This document shows, piece after piece, positions 1 through 9,402 of a stretch of DNA of 64,000 bases; the stretch's first letter is position 1; each line of letters opens with the position of its first letter. Under the pieces are notes generated by a model that was given only the letters and a program-made list of their open reading frames with translations, ran no database searches and was not told the DNA's origin. A program made the translations under genes and the position numbers. Source of the stretch: a virus (Duplodnaviria; Caudoviricetes); IMG/VR virus record IMGVR_UViG_3300018984_000003, positions 45,787 to 109,786 of that record; one strand, 5' to 3'.

Positions 1-1627
1 CTTGCGTTTTCAACGCTTTTTGGTTAGCTTTTTGTTCATCAGTCAACTCACCTTGAATAATTTCTGCATCTCGTAATTGGCGCAACTTCAAGGCTGTGTT
101 ATTAGCTCCAGTAGTAGATTGATCGCTCCGGGTTCCGATCGTGTCAAGGGCTTCTGCTGCATCACCTGCTTTTGCATTTTGGAAAGCATAAGCTGCTGCT
201 GCTACCGCTGCAATTGCCAACGCTAGTGGCCCAAGTGCGACAGCTACAGTGGTTATTGCGCTACCTAGTACAGCCATTGCCGACCCAGATGCTACAACAG
301 CCCCCGCAGATCCAGCGAATCCTGCAATTGATGCCATCGCTGAAACTAGCGTTAGAACTGTGGCTGCCAGTTGCGGCGCAATGATAGTCAGTGTTGTCAC
401 AAATAGCCCAATACTACCTCCTGCTGCAAAAAGTCCAGAAATAGTTGCCATTAAAGTGGCAATAGTTGCCAAAGGCCCTGCAATGGCAGTAACAACTATA
501 GCGAATTGCACTATCTGTTGAATTACTGGATCTGCCAAAAGTGCTGACACAACTTTCAGAATCTCCCCAAGTAAATTAAAAACAGGCATCAGAACAGGCA
601 TTATCCCAGTTAATCCTGCCAAAAATAACTGGAAAGAACCTCCAGCTATCTCACCTAAAGAACCTCCTATGCTTAAAATGGAATCACGAATAGATTCAAA
701 GGTTGGAAGAAAAGGTAATAATATTTTTGTTATAGTATCGACAGTGCCAACGATAAATCCAGTGACATTATCTAGTGTTTGTTGAATCTGAGGTTGAATG
801 CTGGTGAGATATTGATAAATAATATCAAGACTTTCAACAAACAAATCTGTTAGTTTTTCGCCAGATAGTCGAGTTGTTACCTCTACAATCTCTTGAAGGT
901 TTGATAAAATACTGCCTACACTTTTTGCAGCAAGAGCATTGCCAGCAACAAATGGAGCAAGTCTACCTACAAGTTGATCCACTAATTTTCCTTGTGAACT
1001 CCAAGCGCTAACTTGCTGATTGGTAATACCAAGACCTTTAGCTAAAACACTATTTGAATCAATTTGAGCAGTCAAGATACTCCCCATCTCTTGACCGGCT
1101 TGCTCCATAGGGATGCCAAGCGCACCAAAAGCACCCGCAAACGAGATAGTTAAACGCTCAGCAGCTTTGATGGGATCTGCAAACTCTTTAGATTGTGCTG
1201 TTATCTTCGTTGCATTAGTAAGCGCAACCTGAAACAGGTCTGTCAATTGTCCCGACGTGACTCCGACAAGTTGTAAGGAATCAACCGCAATTTGATTTAA
1301 CGACTTTTTAATGGGAGCTTCAAAAGCTTGTATTGCAGCGGTAGGATCTGTTAGTTTAATGCCGTTCATATATACGTCTTGAACGGCAGCCAAACTAGAC
1401 TGAGTTGCCAGTATATCCTGGCGCATCCGTTCATTTTGACCAATAAATAAGTCATAGAATTGACTGGATGCGACTTGTATTTGACCAAAAGCTTCGCTCC
1501 AAAAGAAAAGCGCGGTACTAGCTTCAGTAATACCGCTGGCAACTCTTGACATTTCCGATCGAACATTAGCCAGCGCAGAACTCGCTAAGTCCGTAATAGA
1601 GAAAATTACATTAATTCCGCTAGCCAT
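1..1627 (-). CDS. Tail tape measure protein, 5' part (runs off the window start)
   Basis: ATG at 1627. Hand translation gives MASGINVIFSITDLASSALANVRSEMSRVASGITEASTALFFW..., Ala/Ile/Leu/Gln-rich and helical, with a hydrophobic stretch around 250-650. Absent from the ORF track because it has no stop in the window. Confidence 0.8.
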   Translation of the reverse strand, partial: MASGINVIFSITDLASSALANVRSEMSRVASGITEASTALFFWSEAFGQIQVASSQFYDLFIGQNERMRQDILATQSSLAAVQDVYMNGIKLTDPTAAIQAFEAPIKKSLNQIAVDSLQLVGVTSGQLTDLFQVALTNATKITAQSKEFADPIKAAERLTISFAGAFGALGIPMEQAGQEMGSILTAQIDSNSVLAKGLGITNQQVSAWSSQGKLVDQLVGRLAPFVAGNALAAKSVGSILSNLQEIVEVTTRLSGEKLTDLFVESLDIIYQYLTSIQPQIQQTLDNVTGFIVGTVDTITKILLPFLPTFESIRDSILSIGGSLGEIAGGSFQLFLAGLTGIMPVLMPVFNLLGEILKVVSALLADPVIQQIVQFAIVVTAIAGPLATIATLMATISGLFAAGGSIGLFVTTLTIIAPQLAATVLTLVSAMASIAGFAGSAGAVVASGSAMAVLGSAITTVAVALGPLALAIAAVAAAAYAFQNAKAGDAAEALDTIGTRSDQSTTGANNTALKLRQLRDAEIIQGELTDEQKANQKALKTQ

Positions 1628-1690
1628 AAAGTTAAAAAATAAGCGAACTTGGCAAGTTCTCCTGTTCGCAGTATTTTGTTAACTATATTT

Positions 1691-2305
1691 TTAATTCGCT
1701 GATTGACGCTGCTTCAAAACTTCAGCTACGATTGACGCTATTTCTTCTGAATTATTCTGTTGAACAGGAATTGAGTTTTCTTGGTCAACATCAGCGTCGT
1801 CTAGTACAAAATGTGCAGCCTCACGTCGCTTGATGGCAGTAGGGCTAATAGCGCGATTATCAAGGGTCATAGACTTGGTATTATGTGTACCAGTGTCAAT
1901 AATCATTCTGCGCGAGTTGTTTCCTTGGCTTAATTTCTGCTCTATTTTTTTTAGCTCGCCTGAAATAATTAGAACAATTTGCTCAAAGTCTTTTGCTTCT
2001 AACTTAACTCGCAAATCTCGCCCCGGTTTGCACTCTTCAGTACCATCAGGCATCCTGCGAACCGTGTATTTAACGATCGACTCTGGAAGTTCTGGAAACG
2101 CACACAGCAGGAAAAAAGCGATCGCCCGCTGACTAGAGTAGTCAGCAAACCTCCGCATAAACTGTTTTTCCCAGTCTCTGTATTCTTTAGTTCCTTCTTC
2201 TGGACGTTCAGTGCCAAATACTTCTGCCAAAGGCGCAACTTCTAGGTCTGTCACGCCTTGATAAATATACTCCTTGCCCGCAATTGTCACTGTAGTATTA
2301 CTCAA
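1691..2305 (-). CDS. Putative tail assembly chaperone
   Basis: 204 aa, starts MSNTTVTIAGKEY, immediately upstream of the tape measure gene (positional call). Confidence 0.5.
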   Translation of the reverse strand: MSNTTVTIAGKEYIYQGVTDLEVAPLAEVFGTERPEEGTKEYRDWEKQFMRRFADYSSQRAIAFFLLCAFPELPESIVKYTVRRMPDGTEECKPGRDLRVKLEAKDFEQIVLIISGELKKIEQKLSQGNNSRRMIIDTGTHNTKSMTLDNRAISPTAIKRREAAHFVLDDADVDQENSIPVQQNNSEEIASIVAEVLKQRQSAN

Positions 2306-2552
2306 AATAACTCACCAATTCCTTTATTAATTGTTGCTCTAGTTTATCTGTAACAGATTGCACCGACTTGACTTTGGCTATTTCTGTGGGCTTGCGTCTG
2401 GAACTGATATCTTTGGTTGCCAGTCTGGACTGGGAAATATCCTTACTTGGCTGGCTATCTGCCGCCAATGGTTCTGTCGAGAGCGAGCCTAAGAACTTAC
2501 TGGCTTTGTCGAGCCGATCGAGCAAATCCGTTTCCAGTGTTATTTTGTCCAT
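2298..2552 (-). CDS. Hypothetical protein
   Basis: 84 aa ORF overlapping the start of the next gene. Confidence 0.55.
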   Translation of the reverse strand: MDKITLETDLLDRLDKASKFLGSLSTEPLAADSQPSKDISQSRLATKDISSRRKPTEIAKVKSVQSVTDKLEQQLIKELVSYFE

Positions 2553-2820
2553 TTTTTATAAGTTGCTGTGGGACAAGTGCGTCAAGAGGCGATCCAAACA
2601 CTGATGCAATGCGTTGTAACTCAATAGCGTCAATTCCTCTGGCTCCCTTCTCTATCTCCTTTACGCTTCTAACTGGAAGGTCTGCCAATTCTTCCAACTG
2701 ACCTCGGCTCAAACCTTTTGACTCTCTAAATAATTGTATCAATAAACCCATTGCTCGTTTTTTTGACGCGCAATTAAATTCTACAGAAATTGCAAAAGTT
2801 GGCATGAGCGTAAATTGCAT
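2497..2820 (-). CDS. XRE/Cro-family HTH regulator (true start probably the internal MGLLIQLFRE)
   Basis: FRESKGLSRGQLEELADLPVRSVKEIEKGARGIDAIELQRIASVFG is a typical HTH_3 pattern. Confidence 0.8.
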   Translation of the reverse strand: MQFTLMPTFAISVEFNCASKKRAMGLLIQLFRESKGLSRGQLEELADLPVRSVKEIEKGARGIDAIELQRIASVFGSPLDALVPQQLIKNGQNNTGNGFARSARQSQ

Positions 2821-2849
2821 AACTTATGTCATTTTGACATAATTTATGC
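2817..2849. promoter_or_regulatory. Palindromic operator in the divergent head/tail control region
   Basis: GCATAACTTATGTCA-ttt-TGACATAATTTATGC (14/15 inverted match) overlapping TTGACA at 2834-2839. Confidence 0.55.
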
Positions 2850-2968
2850 TGATTTGTGCCAATTCAGGTAAAAACGCTGTTTAAATATCAACATCAAGAA
2901 ACCCTACAGATAATATAGGGTTTAGAGTTCTCCTGTTCGCGTATCAACGGATAAGCGACTTTTAATAT

Positions 2969-4393
2969 TTGATTGTTGTGTCCAAAACTCTCGAAAAGAC
3001 CGACTGGGAATATCGAGCCGATTCTGGCAAATTGGGTGAGTGGCAGTTAACACCCGAAGGGTATCTGGTCGCTAATGCCAAAATTGCCCGCATCGGGATT
3101 CAAGAATACCCCAACCCGGACGGTACTATCCGCCGAGAGTTTCGACCCCCAGAAGAAGTGGCAAACCGCGACTCATTAAAAACGTTGTGCGATTTGCCAA
3201 TCTCGATCGAGCATCCTCCCGCAATGTTGGATTCGTCTAATGCTCGACAGTTCGCTGTTGGTTGGAATGGTTCAGTTAGTTATGACGGCGGATTTGTCAG
3301 CACAAAAGTCAAACTGATTGACCAACACGCTGTCAAAAATGCGTTAGACGGCGGGCGGATTGAATTGTCAGTCGGGTACATAACAAAACTTGACTGGACA
3401 CCGGGAGTTTGGGAGGGTCAGCGATATGACGCTATCCAGCGAAATATCAAAGGCAACCACATAGCCCTAACAATTAAAGCGCGGGGTGGGGCTGATCTTC
3501 GGCTTTATCCCGATGTAAACCCTGAACTTCATAAAGATTCAGAAAATTTAGAAAAATGCTGGCAGCTTGCGGAGCCAACTTGGAATGACTCAGAAGTTCG
3601 GCTCGACAATTTGCACATAAAAGTAGGAGGTGAAAGCATGAAAATGCACGATGAAGACGACTTGCGTGGCAAAAGCAAAGAGGACTTAATTTCTCTTGTG
3701 ATTGAGATGCAAACAATGTGGGCAGAAAAAGAGGAAGAGTTAAGCGAAACCAAAGACTCTGCTGTTTATTGGCAAGGTCGGGCTACAGCTTACGAAGATA
3801 GCTTGTCTGTAGAAAGTGACTTGAGCCGATCAGATAGTGATAGCGCAACCAACCGCCGAGTCAAGGAAAAGCAAATTCAGATCACTGAACTAGAAGGTCG
3901 CCTAGACAGTGCGGAGCGAGACAACGCTGCTTTCCGTCGCGAACTTGACAGTGCTAAATCTAAAGTTCAACGACTAGATTCTGAATTGCAATTAACCCGC
4001 GAAGCTCAAGAAAAAGCAATCATAACTCAGCGAGAGTCTTGGGTTAAGACTTGGAAAGAGGCAGAGCCATTTTTGCCTAAAATTGCCATAAATGAACCAG
4101 ACTACACGCTAGACAGTGTTGAAATTATGCGACTTGCTCTGCAAAATTCTCGCCCTGGACTAAACCTTGATTCGCTTATTCAAGAAGCAGTTAACCCAGA
4201 TGACGTGATTCGCACGGCTTTTGGTGTCATGGTTGCCGAAGGCTTAGTCAAACCAACTGCCGAACGCGGGTTTATGTCTCAGTTCATAGACCAAGCAAAG
4301 GCAGATTCGAGCAATTATCACTTTGATTCGGTTGAAAAAATTCGACAAGAGACTTTCGCTAGAGATTCAGAAGCTTGGAAGGTGAAAAATTAA
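2969..4393 (+). CDS. DUF2213-type prohead protease/scaffold protein
   Basis: TPEGYL..IARIGIQEY..RPPEEV..P(I)SIEHP..ELSVGY..YDAIQRNIKGNHIAL..ARGG, followed by a coiled-coil scaffold region. Confidence 0.9.
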   Translation: MIVVSKTLEKTDWEYRADSGKLGEWQLTPEGYLVANAKIARIGIQEYPNPDGTIRREFRPPEEVANRDSLKTLCDLPISIEHPPAMLDSSNARQFAVGWNGSVSYDGGFVSTKVKLIDQHAVKNALDGGRIELSVGYITKLDWTPGVWEGQRYDAIQRNIKGNHIALTIKARGGADLRLYPDVNPELHKDSENLEKCWQLAEPTWNDSEVRLDNLHIKVGGESMKMHDEDDLRGKSKEDLISLVIEMQTMWAEKEEELSETKDSAVYWQGRATAYEDSLSVESDLSRSDSDSATNRRVKEKQIQITELEGRLDSAERDNAAFRRELDSAKSKVQRLDSELQLTREAQEKAIITQRESWVKTWKEAEPFLPKIAINEPDYTLDSVEIMRLALQNSRPGLNLDSLIQEAVNPDDVIRTAFGVMVAEGLVKPTAERGFMSQFIDQAKADSSNYHFDSVEKIRQETFARDSEAWKVKN

Positions 4394-4394
4394 T

Positions 4395-5198
4395 ATGCAA
4401 ACCTCTTTTACTCCATATTTTCCTGTCGGCTACTCCGGTATGCCAGCGGACTTAGATTCTCCTAAGTACGATAGAAGCTACTTCAATACAGCGCTTGACG
4501 TTCCCGGAGTTGTAACGGTCACTGTCGCAAGTTTCACACCTAGCGCTGAATACGCTCTGACTATTAATGGTGTAACAGTTACCACTACGACTCCCGCGAC
4601 TGGGGGGAATATTACGTTATTGCGTGATGCTTTGGTTACAGCAATTAACCAGTCGTTTGCTGGCGTGGACGCTGCTACTGGCGCAGGAAACACTCTGACA
4701 ATTACTGGGCTTCCCGGAAAACTTTTGACGGTAACACCTGGAACCGCAGCATTGACGCAAACAATCACGACACCTGTTTCTGCTTCTACCGATATTGAGC
4801 TTGGTCTTGCTGTTGTTCGCCTCGCAACCGATAGTGATCGAGAAGTTCGACTTGGCGCACCTGATGCAAACCATAAATTCGTAGGTATCACTGCCGATGA
4901 TGGTTTGCGAACAAATGCTGCACCCTATGGCGCGAGCAAGCACGTTTATCGTCGGACTGATGTGATGTTAGTTCGGGAAATGGGTGTGCTGTGGGTAGCA
5001 ATCGAAGGCCCTCCAGTAACACCAAGCTCTCCTGTTTTCTATCGCTATTCTGGCGCTGGAAAAATTGGAGCTTTTCGGGGTGAAACTGCTGCTGGGGCTG
5101 ACTTGCAATTGACAAACGCTCAATTCTTAACTTCGGGATCTGATTTAGTGCAAATCAAGATCGGATACGGCAACATAACCGCTCCCGCAGCGACTTAA
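4395..5198 (+). CDS. Capsid decoration/cement protein with an inserted Ig-like segment
   Basis: Lies between protease and capsid genes. GLAVV..FVGIT..VREMGVLWV..PVFYR..GAFR pattern with a Thr/Ala-rich insert. Confidence 0.7.
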   Translation: MQTSFTPYFPVGYSGMPADLDSPKYDRSYFNTALDVPGVVTVTVASFTPSAEYALTINGVTVTTTTPATGGNITLLRDALVTAINQSFAGVDAATGAGNTLTITGLPGKLLTVTPGTAALTQTITTPVSASTDIELGLAVVRLATDSDREVRLGAPDANHKFVGITADDGLRTNAAPYGASKHVYRRTDVMLVREMGVLWVAIEGPPVTPSSPVFYRYSGAGKIGAFRGETAAGADLQLTNAQFLTSGSDLVQIKIGYGNITAPAAT

Positions 5199-5221
5199 TC
5201 CCTTTATTTTTAACAACTAAA

Positions 5222-6142
5222 ATGCCTACAGCAGCAGATATCCGAATGGACGGGCCGATCCTTTTGCAACGTGCTCTTGAGCATATTATTCCAAAAGTTG
5301 AACGCGCTGCCTATCCCGAATTAAAAGCGTCCGAGCATATCCCAACTTCTTACGAAGGCGGCCCCGGTGCAGAGATGTTGACGCAAGTAACGCTCGACTA
5401 TAGAGGTCGGGCGAAAATTACCTCTGCCCCTGGTGACGATCCACCACTGGTGGGCATTGTTGGCGAAGCGATGAACGCTAGCAACGTCAAGTCAATCACG
5501 GCAGCTTATCGGGTAACTTTCCAAGAGGTACGGGCGGCGGCTTTCGCTGGAATCGACATTTCGGCGGAGAAGGCTTATGGCGCGAAGGAAATGGTGATGC
5601 GCGAATCCAACAGGATTGCGTATCTTGGCGATCCGATGGCTGGGCTATATGGGTTGTTTACTTTTCCGCTCTTGCCTAAAGTTCTTAGTCCCGTCCAGTT
5701 TGACGACCCGGAGCTAGATCCAAACTTAATGCTGCGATATCTTAATACGTGGTCAAATATGATTTACGACGTTATTACCAATCGCACATTCAAGGCGGAT
5801 ACTGTGTTATTTCCGTCGCGGGTTCGTACGGTAATGAATACCACATTTAGGAATGCCAACAGCGACACCACGATCATGGATTTGTGGCGCAAATCTAATC
5901 CACAGATTACCTACGTGGATGATGTGTCGGAAGCTGATGAAGCTGGATTCGATGGCACTCCTGCCATTATTTTCTACAAGAAAGACCCCAGCCACGTCAA
6001 ACGGTTCATTCCGCAGCCGATCGAGCAACTTTTACATCACAACAGCGATACCTCTAAGGAAGTGCTAATTCACGAACGCAACGGTGGCACATTCTTTTCT
6101 CGGTTGTCTGGTCTAGTTATTGAAGGAGTGTTGAGCAGCTAA
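5222..6142 (+). CDS. Major capsid protein (DUF2184 / encapsulin-like HK97 fold)
   Basis: 306 aa. LEHIIPKVERAAYPELKA..NRIAYLGD..GLYGLFT..PQPIEQL..RNGG, in the canonical position after DUF2213 and decoration genes. Confidence 0.85.
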   Translation: MPTAADIRMDGPILLQRALEHIIPKVERAAYPELKASEHIPTSYEGGPGAEMLTQVTLDYRGRAKITSAPGDDPPLVGIVGEAMNASNVKSITAAYRVTFQEVRAAAFAGIDISAEKAYGAKEMVMRESNRIAYLGDPMAGLYGLFTFPLLPKVLSPVQFDDPELDPNLMLRYLNTWSNMIYDVITNRTFKADTVLFPSRVRTVMNTTFRNANSDTTIMDLWRKSNPQITYVDDVSEADEAGFDGTPAIIFYKKDPSHVKRFIPQPIEQLLHHNSDTSKEVLIHERNGGTFFSRLSGLVIEGVLSS

Positions 6143-6495
6143 TGATAGGAATCGTTGAATATCTTCCACAACTAAGCTCGGTTAAGCAAATTGGCGATTT
6201 ATTCCTCGGCCCTATACGCTTAATTCCTGGTCGGAACGAAGTTGATACCGAGAAATGGAAAGAATACGCGGATCATCCGCTAGTAAAACAAAGGATTGAG
6301 CAAGGTATCCTTCGAGTTACTTTCGATCAACCAACAGTAATAACACCACCAGACACCAAGAAATCAACACGGGTATCGACTCCGGTAGAAACCAAGCTAG
6401 TTGCCCAAGAAGTTGCTCCCGAAGTTGTTGACGTGTCCGCATTTGTTACTCGCCCGCCAGAAGTCGAAAAAACTCCTATCTCTCCTAAAAAATGA
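6142..6495 (+). CDS. Hypothetical head-associated protein
   Basis: Translationally coupled to the capsid gene. The IRLIPGRNEVD..W..HPLVK..IEQG pattern is common right after DUF2184 capsids. Confidence 0.6.
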   Translation: MIGIVEYLPQLSSVKQIGDLFLGPIRLIPGRNEVDTEKWKEYADHPLVKQRIEQGILRVTFDQPTVITPPDTKKSTRVSTPVETKLVAQEVAPEVVDVSAFVTRPPEVEKTPISPKK

Positions 6496-6842
6496 TGGGA
6501 ATAGTCTCTATTGAGAATTTCTGTTTGCTATTTCCTGAGCTTGCTGAATGCGATCGCCATCACGTCGAACGGGCTTTGCTCCAAGCGAGTAAAGAATGTC
6601 CTGCGGCTATTTACGGCAACCTGCACCAAGAAGCGATTGCACACTTGGCAGCGCACAGGATAGCAATGCAGTATTTTCAAGCAGGGGCGATCGCGGGGGC
6701 GGCGGTAGAGGCGGCAAAGGGCGGCACTCCATCTCTGCCAAAAGCCGGGGGTGGGAATGTTGAAAACCTAAATAGCACGAGCTACGGTCAAGAAGTTCTC
6801 CGAATCAGACAGACGTTGCCTCTTAGTGGATTTGTTGCTTAA
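6492..6842 (+). CDS. Head-tail adaptor (DUF4054-like)
   Basis: F..LFPEL..A..HLAAH..LNSTSYGQE..R motif. Confidence 0.8.
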   Translation: MMGIVSIENFCLLFPELAECDRHHVERALLQASKECPAAIYGNLHQEAIAHLAAHRIAMQYFQAGAIAGAAVEAAKGGTPSLPKAGGGNVENLNSTSYGQEVLRIRQTLPLSGFVA

Positions 6843-7273
6843 TGTTTGCCAAAATTGCTCAGAAAGCTAGAGATTGTAGTTTTGCCAAGACCGCCGATGG
6901 TTTTGGTTTGACCAACGTTGTCAACCTGCTATTGGTGCGGCGGTTTACGACCGATGGCGTTTCTAGGCAAGAAGTGCGATCGGTCAGTAATCTAATTTGG
7001 AAGAAAGCATCGCCCTCAATCTTTGTTCCCACGATGTCAAACGATGGGACGCAAGCGCGGGAAAACGAATTCACAATTTCCGGCATCCCTCGCAATCTCG
7101 ATTTTGGCGACTGGCTTCAGGCGACGGGAACAAGCTACTGGGTAAATGCAGAAATGCGTGATGGGCGCGTATTTGGAGGTACGGAGGTGGAGTTTGTGAC
7201 GATTGATGAGAACAACCCGCTTGTTTACATTCTCACAGTAAGGAGGAAGCCAGATGAGCGGCGATTTAACTAA
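6842..7273 (+). CDS. Putative head closure protein
   Basis: 143 aa, beta-rich, coupled to the adaptor gene (positional call). Confidence 0.5.
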   Translation: MFAKIAQKARDCSFAKTADGFGLTNVVNLLLVRRFTTDGVSRQEVRSVSNLIWKKASPSIFVPTMSNDGTQARENEFTISGIPRNLDFGDWLQATGTSYWVNAEMRDGRVFGGTEVEFVTIDENNPLVYILTVRRKPDERRFN

Positions 7274-8609
7274 TCTCAAGCAGGAGTTTACGACTGAGCT
7301 AGAGTCAATTTTTGAGAGTGACGAAGCTTATGGGAGCAATATTCAAGTTTTGACTTATGCGCTCAAAGAAGACGTTATTAATGGCAAATTTAAAAACTCT
7401 TGGAATAACAGGGTCTACGAATTTATCATTGACGTTGACGGGATTAGCTATAAGCCAGCGGTGAAACTTGATTCTTTCAATACGGACGAATTACCCGTAA
7501 GGTTTGACGCTTACAGCGAAGGGTATGTATCACTATTTGAAGACGCTCGAATTGATGGCAAGTTGACAGGCAAGCGAACTAAAAAGCCTAAGTGTGGAGT
7601 TGAAGCGTTCGGCTGTGGCTTTAGTTGTATTGGGTTGCTAAAAACTTGTAGGATTCCACCTTCGGGAGGAAAGTCTGCGATCGGGAAAGAACGACTCAAT
7701 AAATTAATGGCAAAAGCGGGCAGATTATACGCCGAGGGTGACAAAGGAGGGGCTGAAGCTCGAACGGCAGCCGCAAATAAAATCACAGACAAAAGAAATA
7801 AAAAAGCAAATCAACTTAGAGAGGAAAGGAAAGAAAAAGTAGCGCAACAGATTAAGGCGGCGACTAAACCCCAAGAAGAAAAGCCAGTAAAGCCAAAACC
7901 GGAGCTAACTAAGTCAACATTAGACCCGACAATGAATCCCAAAACTCATTCAATAAAAACAGAAAAAGAGTTTGAAGATGTAATGCTTCATGTTTTTAAC
8001 AAGTTGAATACAGAAAAGAATTACGATAATTTTGTACCTATTGCTGAGATTAGAAAAGCTATTGGAGAATTAGTACCTAGAGACAAGTTTAATGATTACA
8101 TGGTGCAATCACAAAGTGACGACAAAATTCGACTTGTGGGAGGAGGTCAAGTTGACAAAGATGACATACAAATAAACAGTGCAGGATACAGGCAATACGT
8201 TCAGTTAGAACCCGCAGGAGAAAAGGTACTTGCTAAAAACTCGCCCAATAAAAAACTATCATTAGACAAAAAATTGCAAAACCGTCCCGATCTAGATCCT
8301 TTGGGACTTGCCAGACCCTATGCTAAAGGAAAAGCTATTACAGATAAAGCTGACTTTGACGAAATAATGATAGGCGTACAAAAAGCGTTAGATAAAAGTT
8401 TTATTTTGGGAAATCTTGTCCCTATAGAAATGGTAAAAGATGTATTAAAAAATAGAATATCAGAAAAAGACTTTGATAAGCTTTTAATAGATGGAAGCCC
8501 TAAAGGAGAGTTTACATTGCAATCCGCAGGAGGGTACTATGAAGGTAAATACAAAGGTGTAAAAAACTTTATAGGAGAAGAAAAGCACTACATTCAACTA
8601 AAAGAATAA
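7254..8609 (+). CDS. Polymorphic cargo family member 1, with a C-terminal tandem winged-helix-like repeat
   Basis: Shared N-terminal domain (ELESIFESDEAYGS..GKF..WNNR..YKPA) and Cys4 motif. Two internal repeats: FVPIAEIRKAIGELVPRDKFN and LVPIEMVKDVLKNRISEKDFD. Confidence 0.75.
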   Translation: MSGDLTNLKQEFTTELESIFESDEAYGSNIQVLTYALKEDVINGKFKNSWNNRVYEFIIDVDGISYKPAVKLDSFNTDELPVRFDAYSEGYVSLFEDARIDGKLTGKRTKKPKCGVEAFGCGFSCIGLLKTCRIPPSGGKSAIGKERLNKLMAKAGRLYAEGDKGGAEARTAAANKITDKRNKKANQLREERKEKVAQQIKAATKPQEEKPVKPKPELTKSTLDPTMNPKTHSIKTEKEFEDVMLHVFNKLNTEKNYDNFVPIAEIRKAIGELVPRDKFNDYMVQSQSDDKIRLVGGGQVDKDDIQINSAGYRQYVQLEPAGEKVLAKNSPNKKLSLDKKLQNRPDLDPLGLARPYAKGKAITDKADFDEIMIGVQKALDKSFILGNLVPIEMVKDVLKNRISEKDFDKLLIDGSPKGEFTLQSAGGYYEGKYKGVKNFIGEEKHYIQLKE

Positions 8610-8610
8610 C

Positions 8611-9402
8611 ATGGAAACCAAATCGCCCGTTTTAGTTCAACACCAGCTCAACGTCATCCGAGGCATCGCATTCTCGTTAACAGATGTTCCCCGACTTAGA
8701 TTGGGAACAACGCTACCCAACGCCAGTGGAGTAATTGCCGAAGTTGTCGGCGGTGGTTATTTACCATTTGACCTTGACAACGCCAAAATGTACGCCGCTG
8801 ACGCGGGCAAAACCAGCAACAGCGCTATTCTTGCGTACCCCGCAGCTACCGCAACCTACAACCCGATTTCTTGGCAAGTCACGGTCGGTGCTGACATTTT
8901 CTATGCCGGACACTTGAGGAACGGGGTGACGATCGAGCCTCCCGATTATTTCTTGTTTGACACACACTTTTCCAAGAATTTCACCATTGACGAATCTAAC
9001 GGCGGCGGGTTAGCGCAATGCACCAGTGTTGCCCTGAGAAACAAGCGACTGAATGCCGTTTTTAAAGGTCAAGCGATTACACCGCAAAGCGCCGTAACAG
9101 TCAGACTTGTCAAGCCTGGACTGAACCCGCTAACGGGCGAAGGTGAACCACTGGCGCCTAGGGCAGAGAAAGAATACCCTTGTGCGCTAATAAGCTGGCG
9201 AGATCCGCTACTGACTCGCCAAATTGACAACTTGCTACCGCTCGCTTTTGATCAATTTACTGCTGACACTGGCCCGATCGGTGGTTATCAGATTTGGTCA
9301 GAAGGTGAACTGTGGTACTGGGGAACTCTGGCCCCCGGTAAGTACGGCTGGAACCGTGACCTGCTGACAATCGAACCCGGCGGCATCATTATCAGGGGGT
9401 GA
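8611..9402 (+). CDS. Minor tail/fibre-associated protein with an internal duplication
   Basis: EVVGGGY..TSNSAILAYPAAT in the first half, echoed by IDNLLPLAFDQFT..GELWYWGTL in the second half. Confidence 0.55.
   Translation: METKSPVLVQHQLNVIRGIAFSLTDVPRLRLGTTLPNASGVIAEVVGGGYLPFDLDNAKMYAADAGKTSNSAILAYPAATATYNPISWQVTVGADIFYAGHLRNGVTIEPPDYFLFDTHFSKNFTIDESNGGGLAQCTSVALRNKRLNAVFKGQAITPQSAVTVRLVKPGLNPLTGEGEPLAPRAEKEYPCALISWRDPLLTRQIDNLLPLAFDQFTADTGPIGGYQIWSEGELWYWGTLAPGKYGWNRDLLTIEPGGIIIRG

Noticed and set aside
172-521. Plus-strand ORFs at the window start and other antisense shadow ORFs in the track
   Set aside because: They lie opposite longer, motif-bearing genes such as the tape measure
1691-2552. 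Programmed -1 frameshift of the tail chaperone (G/GT type)
   Set aside because: No convincing slippery heptamer with an extended second frame before the tape measure start
5222-6142. Encapsulin nanocompartment or bacteriocin
   Set aside because: The context (protease, portal, terminase, tail genes) indicates a phage capsid
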